This document shows, in pieces, positions 13,320 to 27,195 of a stretch of 64,000 nucleotides of DNA. Made by a program: the position numbers and the translations under genes. This stretch comes from Marsupella aquatica (taxonomy: Eukaryota > Plantae > Marchantiophyta): assembly GCA_973895155.1 (NCBI GenBank), contig OZ316891.1:13237037-13301036 (forward strand), read 5' to 3'. The notes under the pieces are model-generated. The model was given only the letters and a program-made list of their open reading frames with translations, was not told the DNA's origin and did not search any database. The stretch's first letter is position 1, and every line of letters begins with the position of its first letter.

Positions 13320-13720
13320 CTAGCCAGATGCAAGTGCATTGCATCAAAAATGTCTAGCCGAGGGAAAGAAATCCAGTGCCGTCAGGTGTTGAACAATACT
13401 TGGCCCTGCGTTGCACATAAGTGTTGAGGTGAGGTAAAGATTGCAAGTGAGACAAAGAAGTGTTGTTGTTCTGATTGTGTCATTTGTGCAATTATGGTCA
13501 TGGATGCGGAAGTCTTGTCATTTTTGTTGAATGGTTGTTGTTGTGGAAATGCTATAATTTGGTTCAGGTCTGTTGTAGTGAATGTGTTGTAGGGGAGCAA
13601 AAATGTAAAGACAAGGGGGTTTGAGACAGCGGCCACTGCATCCACCGGAGTTCAAGCATGGAAGCCCAACAGGAGGGTGTTTTTGATGTAGGGCGAGGGT
13701 TGGGAGCCTTTTCTTGTTTT
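13320..13720 (-). mobile_element. Degenerate Helitron-like terminus and body
   Basis: A|CTAGCCAGATGCAAGTGCATTGCAT at 13319, and a second hairpin CCCTGCGTTGCAC at ~13404 followed by GTGTTGAGGTGAG. The extent is approximate. Confidence 0.5.
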
Positions 13721-15178
13721 GTAAGCAGACTATGTAACGATTTTGGTGTGATACAATATTATAGTGTTTGATGTTTATACATTTTCCTCAGTTTTTGTTT
13801 GTACTTTGTTGGACATGTTCTAGTCCGTTTTTCACCTTTTATTTGTGAATTCTCTTTCCACAGATGACCAAATTTCTGCAATGGTAGTGAATCCAAAGGT
13901 ATTGTAGGCCTTGAATGTTTGAAATCTGATCATGATTTGGACTAAACCTGGATACTCTAGTGCAATTTTGATATCAAAATAACTACTTTGGATTTTGGAG
14001 GAAGATGCATCTCATCCAACCATTCGTATTTTTGTATCCTTAGATTTAAATGTAATTCTACACATAATTATCTTTCAATTGTTCTAAGAATTTATTGATA
14101 TTGATTGATTTGGACTTTCACTAAATAAGACCTAGGTGCAGGGTGAATATTTTAAATGACCATCAATGGATGAAAGTACTCCTGGTACTTAACTGCACCT
14201 GTTAGGTTAACTAGAGCACAACCTAAGGAATGCTGCTCAGGTTAAACTAGTGGAGAAGGATTATACCCTGGAGGAGCACTTCATTGTGCTCATGCTAGAA
14301 ATCAGTCTTAAGGAGTTGGAGATTTGATAGAAAAGAGAAAACATGTATAGAGCAGTTTGTTCAGTTGCTAGGCTATGGCAAATGTACATCGTTGGTGCAT
14401 AGTGATTTCTTTTATCACTCGTGCACGAAATCTAGATGAGTTGAATCATGTATCTTTGTGCCTGTGTCAATTCTGTGTTGTACACTGGTTCCATGTGACA
14501 TCGTGCTGTCCAATATTTTCTCAATGTGGCCTCCAAGCTTGGATGGGATCACTATCACAAACCTTTTGCTCCAAAAAGATTAAGCTTATTTGGTATCTAT
14601 ATAATGTGCATTTTAATTAGGATTACATGGATTCCGAGTCACAATTTTCAACTTACATACCAAGAGTATTTTGAAATCTCATTTAAGTTTTGAGTCTCAC
14701 ACTCAGATCATCGCGCATTAAATCTACATCAGTCATACCATAAACCAAGACACATGTTGTTCAAATCACTTGGTTTGTAGATCATAAATATAATGTATTA
14801 GTTTATGTTCTGGTGTATGGCTTGATCATACATAAGTTTAAATGGTATATTTAGATTACTTATACTGACATAATGCAAAAACCATACCCTATATATATGA
14901 CCCTAGAGGCCAAAGACCCAATATAGAGGTCCAAACCAGGAGACATGAACCCAGAGGCCAATCACCAATATAGAGGGGAACTCGAGGGAAAAATCCGAGC
15001 AAGAGCCAAAGTGCCCCTTTAAACAAAAATGGAACTAACGCCCTACTAGGGAGCAAACCGAAAAGCCTTGTAAATTTATGGAGTACCATGCACAGGAGGG
15101 TCATGAAGAGAATATTGTGTGAAGGCCACAAAACCAACCGCACGGAGAATAGCATACTAAAATGTAGACTCGGACCAT

Positions 15179-15191
15179 GGGTTTAGGGTTT
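15179..15191 (-). promoter_or_regulatory. Telo-box / short telomere-like motif upstream of NAT10
   Basis: GGGTTTAGGGTTT here, with further GGGTTTTAGG at ~15262 and ~15347 and CCCTAAACCCT at 15601. Confidence 0.6.
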
Positions 15192-15810
15192 TAGCGTGAG
15201 GAGTGCGCAGGGTCACTGAATTCCGCCCGACTCTGAGGAAGGGGTGTTTGGGGTTTTACGAGGGTTTTAGGTCGAGGACTAGAGCTCTTATGGAGTCAAA
15301 CAAGTGGAGGATTCAGTTCAGCAATTTCAACCTGTCGGAGGATACTGGGTTTTAGGTTGAAAGCTGCACCACCAAACTAACGTAGTTCCATTGGCCAGTC
15401 TAAGCTGGAGTTAACCGAGTCACCCTCTTCCTGAAGAACAACAAGGTTTATCGGTGAGTGGGTCATCACTTCCCTGCCTGCGGTGCGGTAGTGCTTGTGG
15501 TCGTTGATAATGATTCTGTCATATAAACTGGAACATTCGTCAAATTTGTCTCTCGCTATTGGCATGAGCTTCAGATTTATGTAAGTTCAGGACGATTAAG
15601 CCCTAAACCCTGTCTACACTTCTGTATCAGAACACCTTTCATGGATTCGAGGAATAAGAAGGTGGATTCATCGATTCATGGACTCAGCGGCGAGTTCTCT
15701 GTGTGCTTGGTTGTGACCGATGGGCAGCTATGATGGCAAGCATACAAGAGCAGAAGCAGTGCTTATAGAGACGGGTTTTTGGAGGTAAATATCGGGAAGT
15801 GCCAAGCGAG

Positions 15811-18800
15811 ATGAGGAAAAAGGTGGATTCTCGGATTAGAACTCTGGTGGAGAATGGAGTCAAAACACGGCAGCGGTCTCTCTTTGTCATCGTTGGGGAC
15901 AAAGGTCGAGACCAGGTACGTTTCTGCGTTGCTAATTTGACTAACCTTAAGGGATTGGTCACTTGAAAGTTTGAAACCTGATGCTTCTGGTCACTTTTTC
16001 CTTTTTGGCATGCCGCTGTCAATTGAATGGAAGAAAGCATTTGACAGCAAGATGGGCAGTACCATCTTATTGCTTTCTACAAGTGCAAGAAACTCGGAAG
16101 TCAGCACAGAAAGTTGGGTTAGGTTTAACGGAATGGAGAACGCATCGCCCATTTGGGGAAATAGCCACCTTAACTCACTTTGTCGCGGCCAAGCACAGTC
16201 GAGGTTTTTCTACCGGTGTGTATCTTTCCTATGATCTAATTCTAGGAAAACCTTGCAGGTCGTGAATCTTCACTACATGTTGTCAAAAGCTGTAGTGAAA
16301 GCCCGCCCGTCGGTTCTATGGTGCTACAAGAAGGAGCTTTTTCTGAGCAGGTTTTCTCTAACCCTGGGGTAGATTTGGAGCTTTGTTACCAAGCAGAGAT
16401 TTAATCATTTTCAAGAGACAGGCCAAGTTTCGGACTAGTGCCAATTATATTATTAGTTTTGGAGAACGAAATGTGTTGCATGTTGGCTGGTATTTTCATA
16501 ATTCTCTCTTTGTGACAGTCACAAGAAAAAACGCATGAAACAAATTAAGAAGATGATGCAGAGGGGTCTGCTGGATCCAGAGACAGATGATCCTTTCTCA
16601 CTGTTTGTCGCAAGCACCAACATTCGCTACTGTTATTATGCCGAAACTCACAAAATTTTGGGGAATACGTATGGCATGTGTGTTCTCCAGGTTAGGCCCA
16701 AGTTTCTTTCATACTTCTTTTTCACTTCTTAGAAATCATCTGTGACAGCAAGGAGCTGAGTATGTATATAGTCGAACCACATTGGATAAGATCACCAGCT
16801 GACAACTCAAGATTATAAGTATCTCATAATAACAGCTGAATTCGAAGCAAGTTGAGATAAGGTATAAGTCTGCGTAGAGAGCTTATTTGACGATGGGAGA
16901 TCTCCCGGGCGTCTAGTCGCTCGTTTAATTGCAATGTTAGGCATGACGGGAGGTGAAGAAGATTTCTGACACCTGTTGGTCTTCCCTCCGCAGGACTTCG
17001 AGGCATTAACTCCCAATCTACTGGCTCGTACAATTGAGACAGTTGAAGGTGGTGGCATAATACTGTTGCTACTTAGCTCTCTTACATCACTCAGCAGCTT
17101 ATACACAATGACTATGGTTAGAAATCCTCCTTTCATTGCTAATAATCCTGCAAACCAGCATTACGAGATGTGAACAAGTGAAACGATCTTCAGAATCTGC
17201 ATTCGTTACTAACAAGAGAGAACAGAGAAGCCTTGGCTATCACATCCCAGGGATCATGATCGTTAAGTATTCTAAGTGGACACCCTTCAATGCAAGGAAT
17301 GAGCCATTGTTGTAAGCGACCACCTCCCCTGGAGATCATTACTTCATCTGGTTGCTTAAATGGACGAGTCTAAAATTAGCATATGGTATCTGAAATGTGT
17401 AGTGTTTCTTTTGGGACGTGTTTGAAGTAGAAAGAGCGTCCTTCTAATTTCACGTGAGTTTTAAGAGAATGCTGTCGATATTCATGTCAATCGCAGGATG
17501 TGCATGCAAGGTTTCGGACGGAGGCACATTCAAATATTGCAGGGAGATTTAATGAAAGATTCATACTATCACTCGCATCTTGCTCGACATGTGTGGTAAT
17601 GGATGACGAGCTGAATATTTTGCCCATATCTTCTCACGTACGCGCCATCACCGCAATTCCAGTCCAAGAGGTAAATTCAAACACAACAGCAGAACGACAA
17701 AATTCGGGACAGGATATAATGACATTCTTTGTAGAGCAGTGTTCCTTAGAAAGTTGCCTAATGTGGAGAATTATGATCTGTATAATATGAATTGAAAGAG
17801 GAGTCTTGGCTTTTGCGCATGTTTGTATTTTGGATGGAGCTTGGTCGTCGAAGTCGAAGCTAACGTAAACACAGGGAGAGGAGGGTTTGACAGAGGCAGA
17901 GAAAGATTTGAAAGACTTGAAGGAATCTTTGGCAGACACTTTGCCCGTTGGGCCCCTTGTCAACAAATGTCGGACTTTTGATCAGGTATTGTTACCTAGA
18001 AACGGCACGTTCTAATTTGAGGGCATAAAAACACCTTTTTTGATGCTTCGTGGTGCATACTTACCAATGTTAAGGCTCTCCGATCAGATTGAAGTGTGAC
18101 CATTATGGTGAGCTGGAAATTCACCGTGTTGTATATGTGTTATATTTGTGCACAGGCAAAGGCGGTGATCACGTTTCTTGATGCGGCTTCAGAGAAGACG
18201 CTGCGAAGCACAGTTGCTCTGACAGCTGCAAGAGGTCGAGGGAAATCAGCTGCACTTGGAGTCGCAATTGCTGGGGCTGTTGCTTTGGGGTTGGCAGGCT
18301 CTTTCTTTGTACTTACTTTCTTCAGAAATCAGTGTCCTGAATGGGAATTGATTAGGATGTTTAATGAAATTAGACTAAACACTGCAAGTGTTGTTACTGC
18401 GAAGCGTTTTGACCTTTCCGTTCTGGATGCTGTTTTGAGACTCCCACCTGTAGTAGCTATGGTTCGAGCATACATATGAATTCGTGGCTTATAGTTTCCT
18501 CGGTTTTTTTAGTTTCTTGTTGCCCAAGTGTGATGCATTTGGGTATTAGTGTCCTCAGTATTTATCCTCGTAGTAAGGACTGCAATGAGTTATCTTCTTG
18601 GCATATCGCTCACTTGGAATTTGTGCAATGCTATACAGATATTCCAACATATTTGTGACTGCGCCAAGCCCAGAAAACTTGAAGACGCTGTTTGAGTTCA
18701 TCTTCAAGGGTTTTGATGCATTAGAATACAAAGTAATGCACTGAACGTTGTTGGCATTGTCGGAGTTTCAGTTTTTCCAGAAAGCCTGTACATGGCACCT

Positions 18801-21800
18801 TACATTTCTTATTCATAAAAGGCAGGATGATGCGTTTCGTCTGTAGGTTTGTCAGGGAAAATTGCGTCTGTGATGGGATTTTAGTTGACACCCATTCTTG
18901 GAATGTGAATGCTTTTTCTCGTCTCCCTGCATGGTGGAAAAGAAATACAGAGGTTCAGGAATTGATTTGGAACACTTTTGCAGGAACATATTGACTATGA
19001 TCTTGTCGAAAGTGTAAATCCTGCGTTCAACAAAGCTATAGTTCGAGTCAATATATTTCGCCAGCACCGACAAACAGTACAGGTATGGGAACTCAGCAGT
19101 GCAGACGTCAGCTGGAAGCTATGTTAACCACTTTTGGATGTATTTGGAATGTAGTAACCATTGAGGTAGAAGAAAAGCACGGACTGTACACAAGTGTTTG
19201 CAATGGTGATTACCCAGAGTTTATGGCAACTTGAGCCCTCCGGTCTGTGATCTTCCCGGAAGTGGTCACCATTTACAGTCTTACGCTAAATAATTGAAAG
19301 TTACTTGCCTTCAATGTCGAGAAGGACAACAGTTCGAAATCATTATGCAATTACGGGGTGGGATGATGACGGTATATGATACATTCTAATGGTTGTCTGT
19401 CGTACCATATGCAGTATATACAGCCTGATGATCATGACAAACTTGCTCAGGCAGAGCTTCTTGTGATAGATGAAGCTGCTGCGATTCCCCTTCCTGTGGT
19501 GAAGGCAATGCTTGGTCCTTACCTTGTTTTCTTGTGCTCGACGGTTAACGGGTAGGGCCTCTATGTCATGTACTTACTGTTAGTATAGTAGTTCTTATTG
19601 CTTAACCGGGTTTATGCAATTTTTATGGTGAACGGAAAGCATAGATTTGTTTCTGGATGGTAATGTGGACTATGATCTTCTTATCCGAACCGTGTCTTGT
19701 CTGCCTGGTGTACAGTTATGAAGGCACGGGACGCTCGTTGTCTTTGAAGCTAATCCAACAGCTGAGAGAGCAGGGCCAAAAGCTTTCCACAAATTCTGTG
19801 TCTGACGATGGACATCAAACTGGTACTTATGCAGGAACTATCTTTGCTCCGACATGTTACTTGTCGGGCCATGATCTGTATGGATTGTGTACCTTTAATT
19901 CCTTCTAAGGCAGGTGCAGTCTTGTACTGGGTTAAGAAGATTCAATGGCATTGCAGGAATAATTGTCAAGAATAAAAGTTCTATCTATCTACGATTGGGA
20001 ATTTCTTTAGTTTTGGTGTAAAAATATCATCTTTCCGCTAGTCGCAATTGACTGTGTTGACTTGACGGAACGATGTGCTTTTACAGGGAGGGTGTTTAAA
20101 GAGGTCGTTTTGGCTGAACCCATCCGATATGCAGCAGGAGACCAAATTGAGCACTGGCTTAATACATTACTCTGCCTGGATGCTGCTAACCACATCTCTG
20201 CACTGGAAGGAAGGTAACGTGTAGACATGAAATCAAGGTTTTTGGAGTTCCTGTTCGAAGGAGGATGTTACCCTAAACTCATATGCTTGCTGTCATTTTA
20301 AATTATTGGTCTCTCAATTGCTTGTGAAGACTTCTGTCACTCTGTACATACAAAGATAGTGGGTATTCCGCCACAATGCACATGTTGATCTTGCCATACA
20401 AGAATGGTGGTTAACCAATGAAAAGTATTAGAATGGCCGGGCAAAAATTAGGACTTGCCTTTAGATACTTGATGTCCACAAGTGACATTTGACTTACGTG
20501 CCAATGGCAGGTTGCCGCATCCAAGTGAATGCCAACTCTACTATGTGAACCGTGATACCCTTTTCTCCCATCACAAAGCTACGGAGATGTTTCTTCAGGT
20601 ATTAAGGTCGTTTCCATCTGAGAGTGCTATTCCTGCTTTGCTTATTTTTCTCCTGCTTATGTTCTTGAAGGGCGTCTAGCTGTCTCGAAACTTCTCCTTG
20701 ATGTGCTAATTGATATCGTGGATTCATATATGGTACAGAATATGATGGCTCTCTATGTCGCCTCTCACTACAAGAACACACCAAATGACCTACAGCTGAT
20801 GTCTGATGCACCTGCGCACCATCTGTTTGTGTTGCTTGGTTGGTTCCTGCTTCCCCTTTGTACTTTTGATCGCTGAAGTGTTCATTAAATAGATGCGATC
20901 AGCAACGAATGCAGTAGTAAGAGTGTGAGTGTTGTCTACCTTCCCTTAGAATTGAGTTTTTCCATCCTTCCCATCGAGGTAAACTGCCCCGAAAATGTCT
21001 ATAGCGTTGGAGATCGTAGCATGGCATCTAACTTATGAGAGTACCCGTTGAATGTCTTGGATCAACAAAAGATCCGGTACCTCCAAGCAGAAACAAATGA
21101 ATGATTAATATTCTATTCTTCGCGGAAAGATTCCACGTGGATGGGATTTCAATACGAACAACTTCCTCCAAATTTTTCTTGACGCTTCGTTTGGGTTGTG
21201 CAGGGCCTGTCGATAATGTCACACAGACTGAGCTCCCTGATATTCTTTGCGTTCTTCAGGTCGACAATTTTTACCATATTGTTCTGCATGTTGAGTCAAG
21301 GCGTGCAGTGATCTGTTTTGCAAGATCTATGAGTTTGTCCCTACGTTGTTACTTCCAGATTGTGAACTTGATCTTTGGTAATTCATGTTCTGGCTCTAGG
21401 TTTGCTTGGAAGGCTCGATCTCTAAGCAGTCAGCTTTAAAGAGCTTGGGTGATGGTAATCAGCCAAGCGGTGATCTTATTCCTTGGACACTTTCACAACA
21501 ATTTCAAGACTCTGAATTTCCGAGCTTATCGGGTGCACGTATTGTTCGAATTGCAGTGCATCCAAATCTTATCAGGGTGAGTGAACGAGTTACGCACATC
21601 AAGTGAGCCTATGTAAATCCTGGAGGAAAGAAAAATGTCCCTTGTTTTCAAAAACCTCGACCCCTGTTATGGGTACAAATGTATTACTACAGCTTCTGTG
21701 GGCAGACCTCAAACCAACTTGGAAGAGAAAATTCATCTGAAAGTTTTGTAGACTAACTAATTTTCTAACTTGGGTTTTTACATAGGCTGGCTATGGTTCT

Positions 21801-24800
21801 CAAGCTATACAACTTCTTGCGAGGTACGTGTTGTGCGAAATTTAAATGCTCTTTTCATGGGGATGATCAGCCCGATATTTTGCATTGTTTTGTTTTACAT
21901 TTCCACAGAATTGATTCAAGCTCTAGTATGGGTGCATTATGTATAAGAATTTGTTCTTTTTTGCCATCTCGTCTGGTGAGAGCCATACACCATCATATGC
22001 AACAGTTTAAAAGAAATTATTCTGGTTGGGGCCATAGATACTATGAAGGCCAATTGGCAGATCTGATGGAAGAAGAGAAAGATGAGCCTGTCGCCCTGGA
22101 AAAATCTCTTCAAGCTACCGAAGCTGCTGCTAAGGTCTGTGAGCTGCTGCCATAGGGGAACCGCATCAAGTGATCTGAATGGGGACGTAGTGAAATTTTG
22201 TGGATACATATGGACTTTCGTTACAACTAGGAGGTCCGTTAAAGTCATTCTGAAATTGCACTCACAAAATAGCTTTGTGTCATACGGGGTTGTTCACTGT
22301 CGTTCTCGGAAGTAGCGTTGTGAAAGGCTATGTACGTTATTGGAAACTGGACGGTTTTAGGGCTGATGTTTGAAACTGGCCGGTGTGCTGTTTCTAGCAG
22401 GTTTCTTTGCTTGACGAAAATATTAAGCCAAGGAAAGATCTGCCACCATTACTCATCAAACTGCAAGATAGAAAGCCAGAGAAACTTCACTACCTCGGAG
22501 TTTCTTTTGGCCTCACTCAATCTTTGTTCAACTTCTGGCAAAAATTGAATTTTCTACCAGTTTACATCCGGCAAACTGCAGTAAGCTTCGGATCTGTATT
22601 TCCTATTAGCCTCGCTTCTGCATCGCATTCGTCCAATTTCTGGTCCTTATGATCGGGGTATGCTCACTGAGTTAGATATACAATTCTTTTCAAATGATTC
22701 TAACTTACTACTCCCACACAAAACTCTAATGGAAACGTAATGTTATCTTGACAGAATGATATTACTGGAGAATCTACATGTGTAACCTTGCGGTCGTTGG
22801 AGTCGAATGAAGTGGAGAGTTCCAACTCAAGAAATTGGATTGAGCCATTTAATACAGGTAACTTATCTCAGGTACCGCGTAGTACTGTTTAATCATGGAA
22901 CTTACCCGGGCAGCAATGTTATCGAGAGCCGTAGAAGAGTTTAGTCGAGTTTGTTATTTCTTTATTTAAATTTGCATTAAAGTCTTTGCTAAGGTGCTCG
23001 TGTTGGCCCCACTCATCGGCCTTTTGCTGACTAATTCTGCTTTGTAGTCTCCGTTGCTTGTTATGTTCTATCATGTTAAACTCTGCATTAATTGAAAGCG
23101 AACGTTCTCTGGATGTGTTGCTATTTTGAATTTCAGATTTCAGACGAAGATATATGTCACTTCTCGGATTCAGTTTTCAGGCCTTCAGCCCTGCACTAGC
23201 CCTGTGGTAAACATTGTTCCAACACAACAAACATGGAATTTATTACTTGGGGATGAAGGATTGAAGTCGGTTCTTGATGTACATTTTTTCTTCAGCATTT
23301 CGCAGTAGAACTGTAGTATCAAAGCCCTCGTCACTCAGTTGTCGGAAATATGGAAGTCGTGATATCTTCAGTTTTGTGTGAAGCGCCAGTGAAGGCCAAA
23401 ACAGTGGCACATTTTCCTAGGACGAGCTAGGGTGGTAAAACTTACTTCTATTCTGATGATTATACTGTTCTTGTGATCCCATGACATCGAACATAGCATC
23501 TTGAATCCAAAGTACAAGTTTGAGGAGCAAGAAGCTGCAGAAGGAGTTTCTACAGATGGGATTTTTGGTGGAAAGACCCCTCTCTTGACTCCACATGACA
23601 TGAAGCGCCTGGAGTCGTATGCCAACAATCTTGTAGACTATCACATGGTATGATGCTAAATGAACAATATTCCATCTTTAAACAAACTTCCACCTTGCCA
23701 CAATTTCTGTTTGGCAAGCATCCGTATCAGTCTTACATGTGTTATCTTCCTGGCCTTTGCAGATAATGGATTTGGTTCCAACGCTTGCGAGATTGTACTT
23801 TCTTGAGAGAATACCCGTGTCTTTGTCTCTGGCACAAGCTGCTATCCTAGTGGGTGTTGGTTTGCAGCACCATAAGCTAGATCATTTGGCAGTAAGTGTT
23901 CTACTGCTAATTTCCTGACTTCGTATTCTGTCCGTTGTCTTTCCATCAACTCATCCATTCAACTCATTCATGGATTTACAATAGCTGTAATACATCAGCA
24001 ATGGAAAATGAAGATGTCTCTTTGGAAGGTTTCATTCATTTGCGCCTATCCTATCGGATCTGATTTGTATCTTGAACGTTTTGCAGGCTGAATTGAAATT
24101 ACCAGCCAATCAGATCCTTGCCTTGTTCAATAAAAGTATTCGTAGATTGCATTCAGAATTGCACAAAGCTGCTTCAAGCGAGATTGAGATTGCTTTGCCT
24201 CGAGTGAAAGAGGTATCTTTTGCAACTCATTGTTGAATGGGCCTTGGGGACGTGTTTACCTTAAAAACTTATGGATTCCTGGAGTGCTTGAGGACTGACT
24301 ATGTGCTGTGAAAATCTTCTATGATGTAGGTGAACTTGAATCCCCATCAAGATTCCCTAGATGATGATCTGAATGAGGGTGCACAGCAGGCACAGGTATA
24401 TGCTGTCATCAATCATACATGTCCGCTCACGTCAGACTTTCAACATTCTAAGTATTTTCCCTTTCTTTTTCTGTTTTAGACATTGTTTGCATAATCGAAT
24501 TGACATCGGGTCTGGATAGATCCGTCTATACCACACATGTTTAATGAAAACCCACGAATTAGTCGCGATCTCTGATTGGCTGAGGTTCAAGTGCAGGCCG
24601 ATTTGAAGGAAAAGATGGAATCGATCCTCAGTGTCGAGAAACTCCAGCAGTTTACTATTGCAGGAAGAGAAGCGGACTTTGACGAGGTGCTGCAAAAAGG
24701 TGGTGGGAAATTGTCCAGGAGTGGATTTGTGAGTATTAAAGGTACTCGTGATCAAGCTAATGCTAAGAAGCGACCTGCGGAGAAAGAAGAGGGGAAGAAG

Positions 24801-24854
24801 AATTTTAAAAGGGATTTCAAACAAAAGTCGAAGAAACCCAGGAGGAAAACTTAA
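15811..24854 (+). CDS. NAT10: RNA cytidine acetyltransferase NAT10/Kre33, ~1037 aa
   Basis: 26 exons with GT-AG introns: 15811-15915, 16259-16350, 16519-16690, 16994-17116, 17497-17670, 17875-17985, 18156-18289, 18639-18732, 18984-19082, 19415-19551, 19716-19822, 20087-20213, 20511-20598, 20739-20838, 21204-21259, 21400-21576, 21786-21823, 22038-22134, 22401-22580, 22755-22857, 23137-23206, 23497-23647, 23763-23891, 24087-24212, 24330-24395, 24597-24854 (3114 nt, in frame). Motifs: MRKKVDSRIR, Walker A TAARGRGKSAALG, VIDEAAAIPLP, STVNGYEGTGR, SHYKNTPNDL, GARIVRIAVHP..GYGS, and a basic C-terminal tail. Confidence 0.97.
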
Positions 24855-25546
24855 TCTTTACTGCTCCTGCTCAAAACATATGGAGGAGCAAGAGAGCCGC
24901 TTTTAAGACCACCTGCTTTGGAGGCGGTTTTACTCGGGATAAGGTTATTAGGGAATAGATCAAATTCTTATTCATTATACTGGATTTCTTTAATAGTAGT
25001 TATGAATTCCAGTACATCTGAATAGCTGGTCAAGCTCATGATAGTCATCCTATCAGAATAGGCTTGAATACATCAATATCTTCAGATACCATCAATTTTC
25101 ATCGTGTGGGAAGCTAACGGGGGTTGGAGACAGGACGAGGCCCAGAAAACTGGGCCCGAGGGTACAAGAAACATCGCATCGCCTTGGTTAAACGGTGGCA
25201 TGTTGAAGGTTGTACTGTCATCTCGTGTGAAAGATATACACTGAGCTTCCGAAACGATTTCGAAGGAGATTTGGAGAACACCCATCTCAGACACAGTTAC
25301 TTTGAACATTGTCCATCGATGCATCCAGTTCAAGATATATTCGTGTTCCGGAGCTTCGTTTGTTTGCTTTGTTACTTTTGGTCGCGTCCATATTTCTACC
25401 CGAGCGCAATTTGTTGGCATTTTCAATTAGAATTATGCCTTTGGTCTTTTTTGACTCAGTTTATTCTTCTCTTCAGTTGTCACAAGTCATTGTTTATTGT
25501 TTCGATAATAGAGTTTTCCGCAATGGAACAGGGTGTACCGGCAGGC

Positions 25547-25587
25547 GAGAGCCTCGCATGAGAGCCTCGCATGAGAGCCTCGCATGA
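25547..25587. repeat. Perfect 13-bp tandem repeat x3
   Basis: (GAGAGCCTCGCAT)3GA. Confidence 0.95.
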
Positions 25588-26384
25588 TTCTTTATTCCGA
25601 AGTCCCATATGTTAGATTTCCTCTGAAATTGCTCGAGTTTGGGGAGTACAACCTTAGTTTACTTAGAAACTTCCCCAATTGCCCTCATTGTCGAGTCATT
25701 CCTACAATTTGCCTTTGTTCTACGAATGTGAAGAATTTTACACCTTGTTAGTGAGCCTCGTCTAGAAACTTCACTGGTCGGAAACAAGCAAATTCAAAGT
25801 CACATGGTTACTAAGCCAGAGTTTCCTGTCATTTCACAGACATTAGTTGTAACTGATCACTTGGAAAAGATTTGTCAATTTAAACAGATAAGTGTTGTGA
25901 ACAATTCAATTTAAACACGAAACTGCGAAGAGGAAGAGTAAGATTTTGATTATAACCAACTTATCCTTTTGGACGAGGAATAAATAAATGCCCACTGTTC
26001 CATGAGTACCACACGACCACCTTTCGCAACAGTGTATCCAGTTCTCACAAATGTGCTTTTGAACTCTCCTTACCTAGTGCCGAAGGCTTACCATTCCTAA
26101 ACATTGTTGTTGAATCTGTCTTTGCAACTGTAGGACCTTCCTTGGGGTACTAATTACGCAAGAATGACGGGCACATAGTTCCATACCTTTATTAGAACGC
26201 ACAAACACATTCTAGTTTGAACCGCATGACTGCGCTTACTAGGGCCGTGAGACCAACATAATTGAAGTGCAACGGACGATTCACGACGAAAGGTAATCTC
26301 GAGGCTCATTAAGAGCCTCGGGTACGCCTGCCCGCGCCTACTGCCCGCCCCCTCACAAGTTTTTTGAATTTTACTTAGCATGAA

Positions 26385-26500
26385 TGATCCCCACTTTTTG
26401 GGTGGGGTGAATGTTAAAAAGCATTCTTGTTGATTGCAGGACTCGAACCTGGCACCTCCCACTCCCCAACTGAGGTGAGCTACCAGTGAGCCCTTCCCCA
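26385..26500 (-). mobile_element. tRNA-derived SINE-like element
   Basis: The minus strand has an A-box-like GGCTCACTGGTAG, a B-box GGTTCGAGTCC (26449-26439), and a tail ...AACATTCACCCCACCCAAAAAGTGGGG that is shared with the copy at 37.3 kb. Confidence 0.65.
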
Positions 26501-27195
26501 ATTCGTGTCAACATGCATTCGCACCAGGCATTTAACCTAAAATTAGATCCAGCACAAGCGGGCAGCGGGCAGCACGTACAGGGTAATCAATGCGAATTAG
26601 CATTAATTACCCTCGAGATTGGCTCTCGTCGTTAATAACGGACGTGGTTTTCATTGATTGCTGAATGTTCTCAGTCACAGTGTTCCAACCTTTTCAACTC
26701 TACACTTGACAGAGCAATCCACATACTGCTTGAGCTCGAATTCATTGTAGAAATGTCACTAAATATTTGAGACACTTAGAAGTGTTCTCGTGGCTCAATT
26801 GCAATGATTCTCGAAGGATATTGACGTTTATATTATTACATCGAGCTTGAGCATGTCCGATTAGGTGAGGACTCCGAACTCACCAAGGTTGGCAATGAAA
26901 AATACAGTGAATACTGTTTGACGAAATGTATCCATTTGTGGTGCAATCAACTTCTCACCGTGACAGTTGCCTTCACTTTCGTGCGGATTGATAAGCACAC
27001 TAATACAAAGAGATATGGAAAATGATATCTTGTAAAATGGATACGGAAAATCTATACATGAATGAGTGAGATTATGACAGATGTGCTACAAACACATGAA
27101 AAGCCGAGCTTATTCAAGCGCCATAATAAAGACATAATGTTGCAATTAATAGAACTCAGCCCACCTAAGCATTCCACTCCCAGACACTTGGTTTT

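Noticed and set aside
25082-25587. 114-145 aa ORFs after the NAT10 stop codon
   Set aside because: No homology that I recognise and no coding-like composition; probably 3' UTR or intergenic.
26430-26500. Possible tRNA gene (A and B boxes)
   Set aside because: I could not build a convincing acceptor stem or cloverleaf, and the shared downstream tail indicates a SINE.
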